Shown here: positions 54,060-64,000 of the stretch, piece after piece | Layout of the letters: every line of letters begins with the position of its first letter | Numbering within the stretch: position 1 is the first letter of the stretch | NCBI RefSeq assembly: GCF_002113885.1 | Contig: NW_018407656.1 | Coordinates: forward strand, 659,864 to 723,863 | Source of the DNA: Mizuhopecten yessoensis | Lineage: Eukaryota | Direction of reading: 5' to 3' | DNA length: 64,000 nt | Made by a program: the position numbers and the translations under genes | The notes under the pieces: model-generated | What the model saw: only the letters and a program-made list of their open reading frames with translations | The model's database searches: none | What the model was told of the DNA's origin: nothing

Positions 54060-54415
54060 AAATAATACCATTTCTCCTACTTCGTCATTGGTTGAATCAT
54101 AATCACGTGGAAGTCGGTGATTTGTAGCATTCACTCGGTATTACTATTTTAAGAAACATCAGGTCAATATCCACTCTATGACGTCACTTCAATTGTAATG
54201 TCACAATGGCCAATTTCAGTATTGTTCTCGTGGCAATTAGTTTACTTATCGGGTGTGATAAATGATAAAAACACAATAATGTTTATGTCTAATGAAACAA
54301 TGAAAAACGTTTATTTCGGTGAATATGTTCGCTTTCTCAGGTCTATATAACCAAATATTCACCTCCATAAAAGTCCATACTTGATAGATATTCACCATAC
54401 TCGACAGTCCTCGAC
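54060..54415 (+). mobile_element. Crypton-like non-autonomous element relic
   Basis: attggttgaa...cacgtg, tgacgtca, the inverted pair ggtgaatat/atattcacc, and a ctcgacagtcctcg motif. Confidence 0.35.
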
Positions 54416-56082
54416 TAAAAAAGATGGCACTATTTTCACGTTCAGTGACACATTATGTATCTCATTTTATTACTGTGTGCAACCCTCATGCTTTCTTAAA
54501 TGCAAGTTGAAACCTTTTTTTAGAGAATATTAATTTTAATGGCAACAGTTTGCCATTATAATGTATGTCGATGCGGTCCATTAGGTAAACGGGGAAATGC
54601 ACATTCCAGCTGTAATGGGAAACGACTAGCCATATCAGTGTCAGTGATATTGTTATATGGAAAAATAAGGTGTCCACGGGGAATATCACTTGTGTAATTA
54701 TGACAATTTGATTTGGAAAAGTCTTTCATGATTCTTGTAATATTTTGGCTATTTTAGGCCAAAACTCCACACAGGACAGTTAAAAATATAGTATTAGTGG
54801 CATTGATTACTTTAGTCTAGTAAGCGACTGTAGACCTTGAATTGAGAAAAACTCCCTTGCTCGGGGAAATTTTGAGGTCTGAAGTGTCCCAAAGTTGTAT
54901 GTTTGCTTTGTGTGAGTTACTTGTTTAAAAAATATTGAAATATTAAACTTCTACCTAAATATTTTTAAAGAACTTTTTATCAGGCACAAAATACTTTCTG
55001 AACTTGATATTGACAGCAATTCTAAAGACTAGATAAAAAAAATATATATATTTTAATTTCGCAGATAAAGATGAAATATATAAAATATTTATTGACCATT
55101 TTGTTTATATAAAAAACAATTTTAAAAGGCAAAAAGCAATGCTTTTCTATGGTGTATGGTAAACGTTATCAAACTTTATGGTTTGTACCCAGATTTACAC
55201 AATATAAATTATATGTTTTCAAAACATATGGTCTGTCAAGTCCCCTTGTTGTGAAATAAACCCCTATTACAATTGGCTGCCGGCCTTGATATTAATTGGA
55301 TTTAACGAAAGATCAGATGAATACTTTCTTCGGTAATATTGTCTGATTAATCGTCCGCAGTTTGTTATTATTTTCCTTTGGCGATAAATATTTATGTATC
55401 AGATAATAAGAAAATTTTACCGCTACATTAGTTGGTAAATGATAAATGCTTTCGAAAATAAATGATTATCAAACAATCTTGCTGTTAATCTTATGTATGC
55501 ACTTGCTTTTTTAAGGAAATGTGTATCTCTAAAACTGTTTTTGTTTTGTTTCGCTCTTTCAAGATATATATTTTCTTGACTATTTGGTATGTTATATGCA
55601 AAAGTTCAATGTTTACTTTTCAATTTTGAACAAACCTTGTTAACTGATGCACGATGAAAAGTGCCAGTCTTCAATTCGCATATTTTAAATATGGAGATTA
55701 CAATATTAAGGTACTGATTTTGGAAAGGGAGCCGTCTTCTCTTCACTACATATTCGAAATACACAACACAACGATCAAATCACATTTGCCTGACCAGCCT
55801 TTCGTAAAAAAAAGAATTGGCAAGCATCGGTTTTACCAGAAATATACCCAACGGGTGAAATTTCAATACCCCCATACTCATACTTACATAAAATAGACTC
55901 TGTTCACACCTAGACTACAGTATATGCTTACATGCATGACAAAATAAATTGATTACATGATCTCTTGTAAATGATTTGTCTTATTCTTTTATGAAGTAAA
56001 GCAAGTCCGCACTTCGTATCCTCCCTTTCTTCTGCTTTAACAGTAGTTTTGACCAATTTGGAATTCCACCTTTTTGTCCCTA

Positions 56083-56126
56083 GCATCACCGATGAATCTT
56101 AGAGAGAGGAAACAACTATATGATGC
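56083..56126 (+). ncRNA. Degenerate minimal type I hammerhead ribozyme (Penelope-like pLTR type)
   Basis: Helix I gcatca/tgatgc encloses CCGATGA (canonical CTGANGA), a short stem II (tct/aga), GAAA and then c-aact-ata. Confidence 0.5.
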
Positions 56127-57290
56127 AGTGTGGTTTATTTTTTGCCATACTGTATCCATTATCAAATATTAAAGGTGCAATCATATAAGTGTATTACGTT
56201 CAGTTCATCCTTCATGCTTGCCAACCCAAGTATACAGCCGAAGGGCATAAAGTCATTGCTCAGTAATATCACCTAGAGTAAACTACCAGCATTGTTATTA
56301 CCGAACACAAAATTAGGGTCAACGGGATTAGAATAAAACAGGGGTCAAATGTCACGGCGGACACGACTGAGGAAGTATCAAGATGATGAATGAATGAGTA
56401 ATTTGTAAATCAGATCCGTCTCTGGGGGAGTTGGTCGAGGATATTGGTATTCCCTCCATTAGAACATTGAATTAACTTTGAAATCAACACCAAAAAGAAA
56501 ATTATTTTGTTAACAATTACTTGTTCTCCGGCGGCTTTAGATAATCAATAAAGGTTTGGAGGTTGCGTTCCCTTACAACACTATGTTGTTCTTAAAATAA
56601 CGTAAGATAGACGCCAGACCTCGGCAAAAATAAGGATGGTTATGTATTGACAGAGCTAGAATTATAACTTTAGTAAACTTTAGTAGTATGAATTACGTCT
56701 TTCCAAGGAGATGAAGGAGATGATCTCCCTTAAGAGTTTCACTTTGGTTTCATTGCTTTTGAACATATGTATAACATCATTAGAACAATCACCTTATAAA
56801 GCAATGTTGTGTTAAATTTTTATTTATTCAATTTTTATTTATTGATTTTTTATCTTTTATTTTTATTTATTTTGAAAAAATAATGTTTGTTATGATAACC
56901 TTATGAAAAAGGGTGAAAGCTAGCGACGGAAAAAACCCAAAACGCACACTGGAGTGTAGTTTGAATCCTGTGATATCAAAGGGTTTTATTGTTAGACCAT
57001 CAAAAAGAGCCGATATAAGTATAATACATGGTATTTCGAAATGTTTTCTTTTCTGCTGGTGTGAAATACATTTGCCGCCGATAACACAAGCACAATCGAT
57101 TGAAATGCGACTGTTTGTAATGGTCATGCAAGGCCGTAACAATATTGTGTATGCGGGTGCACGCACGTGTAAAACATATAACGATTTGCCTATATGTTTG
57201 AAATGTATTTATTCAACGTACAAAATTAACGATAACAATAACATCAGGTTGTGCGAGGTTGTATTGTAAGTTAAGATATACAACATACAG

Positions 57291-57482
57291 TGGGTGAACA
57301 CCAGATCAATGTCTTCACGAGGTAGCAAGGTTATATATTGTCACAAAGAGGATGGGTGAATCTCAGATCAATGTCTTCACGAGGTAGCAGGGTTATATAT
57401 TGTCACAAAGAGGATGGGTGAACACCAGATCAATGTCTTCACGAGGTAGCAAGGTTATATATTGTCACAAGGAGTATGGGTG
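57291..57482 (+). repeat. 62-bp tandem repeat, 3.1 copies
   Basis: tgggtgaa units start at 57291, 57353 and 57415 and are almost identical. Confidence 0.97.
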
Positions 57483-58009
57483 CATTATATATAGAACATC
57501 ATTATTCAGTCTGCGGTTTGATAGAAAATGCTATTTTTCTTTAGAAAATGAAAGGTTTCTAGCTTTGACAAAACCATTACTTAGGACTTTGTCCACAATT
57601 CAAAAACGAAATAGTGCTAAACGTTTTGTTGAGTAGCGAGAAAACAAAATTAGCATTGTTTTCAAAAATCACGTCATATTTTATATTGGTCTCCTTAAAA
57701 ATGATAGATCATTTCAACTCTGCCATTTAACTTTAAGTAATATATCGGTTCCTCAGTTGTAGCCTGCACATCATACAACGCTAGTAGCTGAAGTTCTGTA
57801 ATATTTTCTGTCCCTAAAGAATAATTATGATGAACCTCAAACGTTAACACCATTGTACAATGTACAAGTGAAGAGCCAAACTTGTAATCTGAGACCACCT
57901 TCAAGTCCAAGTCCGCAAAAAGTGTTCCAGGCAGTCTCTGAATGTAAAACTGAAAGTAACAGCAATGGACTGTTTTTCAAATGGTTTCCTTGCACAGGTG
58001 GTCTCTTAA

Positions 58010-60186
58010 AGGGACATCACGTGAAAAGGCGTTTTTTTTTTAATGAATGTATGTAATGTATGCACTTCCACTTATGTTACCTCGCTATCCCCATATTCAT
58101 AGTCCGTTCCAAATGTCCAGTTTGACCACTTGAATTGTTCGGGAAAGCCCGGCTAAAAATAGCGCCGATAACGTCACCTGATTAGGCAGCAAACACAAGT
58201 GGTGCGAGCGAGATGAAACGGTTTACAAAGGGGCCCTCAGAGAGGGGCCGTCAGGCAACTGCAACTTCTTACCGCACTATGAAACCAAGTTATATGATTT
58301 CTAATTCCGTATTCAAACTTATTGAACAGTAATTATTCATCATCAGAAGTTAATTGCACACTTGCCAATATTAAGAATTTAAATTTATTTAGCTTTTAAC
58401 ATAAATTTGTTGCCAATAAAATTAAACAAAGGATGGGGCACAAGTTTTTACAATTTATCACAGCCTTCTCCCGTGACCGGTACAGGTGGTACGGGGCTAA
58501 ACACTCCCTCAACAATGGGACAAACCTTTCTGTAAAAAGGAATATTCACGAGACGAATATCCCTTTTCAAATGTTTACATAAAGTGCATATATGCAATGA
58601 CAAACTACACGCGAATATAAAAAGGAAACGTTTGTGAATTTATTTATTACATTAAACAACTCAATGTCTTTGGCCATTTTTTTTCTAGACCATGAATATA
58701 AATCTATGTATACTCTCTTTCCCACTTTCACTGTCTCCAAACGCTAACATTTAGGAAGTCATATTAACCATCACACACAATAAACTGTATGGCAAAACCA
58801 CTACGTGTACATGTAGAATATGTGTCAATAAGGAACGTGTTGAGATACTTGATAATTATATTTTTTCAATACTTTACAGAGATTAAAGCATACTTTTAAA
58901 TGGACCTTTTTATGCTGAGACAACTTTTCTTTAATCAGTTCCTTTGGTCCGAAACAGAAGCCGTAGTTATCGGCAGCACGCGCCATTTTTATAACGTAAT
59001 CAAATATTTTTTCCCCTGTTTTCAATACGTATTCCGATTCTATCTGAAGTCGAAAATTTATTCTTTATAGAGAAAAGGTTGTTACATGATCATACATTCT
59101 AAGTCAACATCATATGAAAACATGAACTGTTGAAAAATTACGATTTAAAAAAAAAGTGTTATGCGATCCTATTTACTAGAAGTAGGTTCTCCTTCCTCAG
59201 TTATTCATCCTGGTCCGTCATTTTGACATTTTTAATCTAGCTGCGATAACGTAGCTTTCTGACGAAGAGCGATTTTTTTTTTATATATTGCGTCGTCGCG
59301 CCAGGGCAGGCCGGGTATTATATTAGTACTAATTTAAAACTTGCATGTCAAAACAAAAAACAATCGTTTAATTCAGCAATATAATTAAATCATACCATTT
59401 TACTGATCCCGGTAATATTATAAATTATGTAAATCTAATAGCGCACGTATCTCATTTGACCCCGAGCACCGACAGAGGATCAGAGAACAGAATACGCCGT
59501 GGCCATCACAGCAGTTATCCCTTGGGGGGCCTCATGGCAAAATCAAACTAACCAGTCACTTATCCCTTTCGTTTGCATAAACCACTGTATAATTATAAAA
59601 AACACAAAGTAAACTCTCTCCGATACATGCCCATTAACATATTAAACTAAGTTCATCTGTGTTCAAACTCACACAATGATACTAGCGAGGTTAATAGTTT
59701 TAGATATTTATTCATAACATAAACAGCGCTAGCATTTCTGTCGATTTTATTTCAGCTTAACCGGCCGCTATCCGGAAGAAAACATGCACCGTACTGACTG
59801 CTAGGGCAGTTATTTTCTGCTTTGAATACTTCCCACTGGCAATAATGATTCCGTAACGTACCCCTTGCGCTATCTTTTGACCATTTGGCAACTATTCGCT
59901 TCGTAGCTGACACGGTACAACACTTTTCTTTGGCTTACTTCACACGGCCAGTCATTTTGTTTACAAAGAAATGGTGTGCTATGCGCATGCGCTAGTAGAG
60001 GGAAATCCCTGAACAAAACGTTGGTCAGACAGGTAGAAATACCGATGATTATCTTAGATTTAATCATTTTTATGAATCTATTTCAGCCAAATCCGATCGG
60101 CATTTTCCATAAGGAGTCTCACTTGATATGTTTATGTAGTATTTGGAAAAAAGACAAAAAAAAAGTTACTTCAGCGTGATGCCCCT
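58010..60186. mobile_element. 2177-bp non-autonomous Kolobok-type DNA transposon (TTAA TSD, AGGG termini)
   Basis: TTAA(58006-58009)|agggacatcacgtgaa ... ttcagcgtgatgcccct|TTAA(60187-60190). Purine-start termini with TTAA fit Kolobok rather than piggyBac. No transposase is visible. Confidence 0.8.
58269..59221 (-). pseudogene. Decayed 5-exon gene for an unrecognised ~115-aa protein carried by the TTAA element
   Basis: Exons 59221-59177, 59043-58906 (or 58894), 58743-58661/58662, 58529-58452 and 58276-58269. Introns are 131-175 bp with AG acceptors. There is one in-frame stop in exon 1 and one donor-phase ambiguity after exon 3. Confidence 0.6.
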
Positions 60187-63100
60187 TTAATAGAAGTGGT
60201 CTCTTGGTAATAATGATCTGATTATAATTAATTCCGCTTGCCTGAGTAGGCTTTTTTTTAACGGTAATGAATTTACTACGGTTTGGTATTTAATAATCAA
60301 TCTGTTTGTTCTGAATTACTTAATGAGTAGCTGTTATTATTGACATAGTAAACATATCTCAACACTCGAGCCTCTTTACTCCAGCAACGACTAATCTGGT
60401 TGTCCCGTCATTCTTCTAGGGGTTTAGGGACAAATTAATCCGGTTCTATCCAGAGTTGTCTCCCGTTTATAGCCACTTTAAGGTTATAAGACCAAGGTAA
60501 TCGATTTAATAAGACTCATATGAAAGGTTTTGTCGGGACATAATAATGAGGTCAAGATCAAACGATGCAACCAGTGGAAATACGAATATGTCATCAAGAA
60601 TGAATGTTCAAATCAGTCCATGGTGTTAATAACATGTATTCTTGTGTGCACATTTATCAATCATAAATTAGTTGAGCCTATATTACAATTCATCAAAAAA
60701 TGTTTTTATATCGGTTTTTGGCATGGAACTTAAAATCGTTTATTTTTATATTTATTGAATAAATCAATTAATTTATGAATAATACCCATTATTGAAATGT
60801 GTGTCTACGAAAAGTTTCAAGATGTTTGAAAATTACAATCATATCCCTAGTTGTAGTCAAGCGAAGTTTTTCATATTGCGAAATGTAAGGAATTTACTGT
60901 AAAGATGTACATATTGTTTAGCGATTTCGCACATTCCAAAGCCTGATGATATGAGCAAATGAACGCAATACACACGGAGTAAATGCGACAATGTTTCAGT
61001 TGCGAGAATTTATATATGACTAAATCCCATTTTGTTATAAGATAATTATGTCATCACCTTCCATATTGCTTTTGCTGAAGATCTGATGTGACCATTAAAT
61101 AACCTATTAGTGGATATCAAAAACGGGACAAATATCTCACATTCACACAAGATGTTTTTTTGTCGTAAGATTGATATTCCACCATTAAATTAGTAGTTGC
61201 CTGTTCAAACAACATATTTCATCGCTGGAGATTTATTATGTCATGCGGTTGAAGGGGTAACATTAAGATCATAAAAAGTGGCAACAGATTATACGACACT
61301 CGCTTTCGATCCAACAGGATGCTCACATCCCAGGTATTGTCAATTACCCGAAATGCGATCGCGATAATTATCCCATCTATTTCGAATAACAAATGGTATT
61401 TGACGTATTAAACTATCGATTCACTTGAAACATAAAACTTTTCCAGAATAAAGCGATATTTTAATATTTGTTTGAATTGTAACTGTTCAGAACGTGTATA
61501 TTTACAACATCATACGGGTACAAATAGCCTTGTTTATTGCGAAGCACATCAGGCCTGCATAACATTGCAATACAAATCACTTCGGGAAGGAAATGAAATA
61601 ACTGAGAGTTAAAATTGAGCGCTAAATTAAAAAAAAAAAATTGTGAAAATGATTTTGGCTGATGAAACGATTACTCAAATGAATGAGAATACAATTCTTG
61701 CAGAATATTTTATTATTTATTTTGTTTATTTAAAAATAACTCATGAGTGAATGTCATTAATATCTTGAAATGATCGAAGATATTCATGTAAAAAAACAAA
61801 CAATACCTTGTCAGTATGTTTTAAATTAGACTGTAATGGATTCGCCTATGTGTTTATGTACATTAGCTCACAGCTATATCTTTGTAGCACTTTTGGGTCT
61901 ATAAGGTGAGATAACTTTTGTAACTCATCTTATACTGTAAGTATAACCTATCGTATTGCCAATAATGTATTTTTAAATCAATTATGTTTCTATCCTCAAA
62001 TTAATGTACCATGATGACGACGAACATTAACGTAAATTAACTGTCTATTTGCTTGATTTAGATTGAATACATGTAAGTCGCAATGTTTTCATATAGGCAG
62101 TAAAATCCCAAAGGAGGTATGTTTGCGCTCATTCATACGTACGAATTTACAACATTAATTTCATTACATTTTAAGCGTGTGACGTTTATACAGTAGTCTG
62201 TTCCTGATACTAGTCAGTAACATATCCTCTAAACCAGACTCTAAAGGGAACGTATGTAATGTGATTTGTGATTGTGTTAAACGTCAATGAAAACTGAGTA
62301 TCTCCCCAGACGGGCCTCGTTATAAATATAGACAATGCTTTGAGTAAATCCAATGTGTTTCTTATATAATGACTAGCTTTAACATAATTTTACTCAATAG
62401 GATACACAAAAAAGCTTAAATAAAATAAGCTGTGCACTTTTATCAAAACGTACCGTCTGGAGTTGTGTTTTCGATTATGATCTACTTAGCGCAAAACTAC
62501 ACAAAACTGCCTCTATTATACAACAATAACTACTGCTGTAGATTATATAGGAATAAATTAACACATTGTAACAAATGTGAATTTTCATTTGAACACAATA
62601 CATATATTTAAGATAAATTCGTTTAATTGTAATTGTTGTATGCTGCATTGCATTGACTCCCTTTTAAATTCCAGAGAGAGGAGAAAACGTAAGTCATCCA
62701 GATGTAGATTTTGAGTATCATGCCGATTGGTTCCATTTATGCCAAATCTGTCGAGTCTTGATAATTTTCTAAACCTTGAAATTTCCAAACACGTTTACAT
62801 TGAACATTCATCTTGGAGTAATTTACTTTTGGCTGTGGTTTTGCTCAACTATTAGATTTACCATTGAGTTAAAAATCCTTGAGAATTTCCTCCATTTGAC
62901 ATGGCTGAATTACATATCATTGCTTGAGATTTCCCCTTTATCTTATATTCCCATTTTCAGTTAACGTTACAGTAGACTTTCTCAGTTCATGTAGTTAAGA
63001 TATTTATTAATCAACATTGCCGTAGATTATCTTCATTCATAGTTTACCTAATCAGCTATCATCGCCTAAGATTTATTTCTCAATTTTAAGATTTCCCTTC

Positions 63101-64000
63101 GGGTTACCATTGCTTAAGATTTTATCATATTTGATGTCTGTCATACATATGGGAACTATTTAATATTGCTCTAAGCATACTCAATGTATGGATGGATGTG
63201 TACCATTCTAGTAAATGCACCAAGGTTTCAGTTCTTGAGTGGTATCAATGTATTAAATATAATTCTTCGAAATGTCGTTGTTAACGATTTATTTTTTTAA
63301 ACTATTTCCAGAAGCTAACTATTGAAGAGATGAAAGTTTGGTCTAAAGGACGTAAAAGGTTTGTAAAAATCTAAAATGATTATATATAATTTTACTGTTT
63401 AACATGATGACAGGACAAAATCAAATGACAATTGTGAAAAAAATAAAGAGCATATGCACATGATGGGTTTTTTTTAATTTTAAAATCAAGTTTTTTGTGT
63501 TTCGATAGCTATTTACGTTAGGAACATAATGAATTCTCAGGATCTCAAGGAAAATAAAACATTTGCTCATTACTCTCCTCATTGAATGATTTCCGTAGGG
63601 ATTATCTTATCGACGTCTCTAACACCCACGATAATAAAAAAGCAGGTTTATTTAATTGTTTTCAAATCCATTTCAGAACAAGAGTAAGCAATACAAAGGT
63701 GTAGGCAACCAACCGACATACTTCATTAACCCAACCTCTTGAACAAAGACTTAAAAGAAAATGAAAATATGAGTTTAAGGATACAAAGGATGGATTAAAC
63801 TTAAATATGAATAACAAATGTTGTGAATGCCGGACAAGGAAGGAAATATATCAGTGATATATGAAATTAACAAAATATAAAACAATTTACAAAATGTTGT
63901 CTATCAGAGTAACGCGGTGGTTAACGGAATGGTCAATCCGTTTTGATAGTGATAATGAAGAGAGGACCGAAAGATGAAAAACACATCAGTGGCATTGAGA

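Larger units (their letters stand above)
57873..60226. mobile_element. Older Tc1/pogo-like MITE split by the TTAA element
   Basis: The left part has gagaccacct. Removing the insert restores aggtggtctcTTAAtagaagtggtctctt, which is the inverted motif in tandem. Confidence 0.55.

Noticed and set aside
58010-60186. piggyBac assignment for the TTAA element
   Set aside because: The termini start AGGG rather than the CC(C/T) typical of piggyBac, so Kolobok fits better.

Overview
AT-rich eukaryotic DNA, most likely a bivalve mollusc. That assignment is inferred from recalled repeat-family motifs and abundant TACATGTA, not from a database search. I can support no intact host protein-coding gene, rRNA, tRNA or CRISPR array, and most listed ORFs are chance or repeat-derived. 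The window reads as a gene desert or very large intron filled with transposon relics and minisatellites, with one 281-N assembly gap. Best-supported items: (1) a 2.18-kb TTAA-flanked, TIR-bounded (Kolobok-type) element at 58010-60186, nested in an older MITE and carrying a decayed 5-exon gene for a ~115-aa protein I do not recognise; (2) a young 5'-truncated LINE at 24752-25394 flanked by a ~280-bp direct repeat, an unusually long apparent target-site duplication; (3) a complete Helentron-associated (HINE-like) element at 4491-5914 holding two different satellite arrays; (4) minisatellites that arose inside transposons whose unexpanded relatives lie elsewhere in the window; (5) a degenerate type I hammerhead ribozyme fold, Crypton-like hairpins and a 1.1-kb foldback carrying paired CRE motifs.
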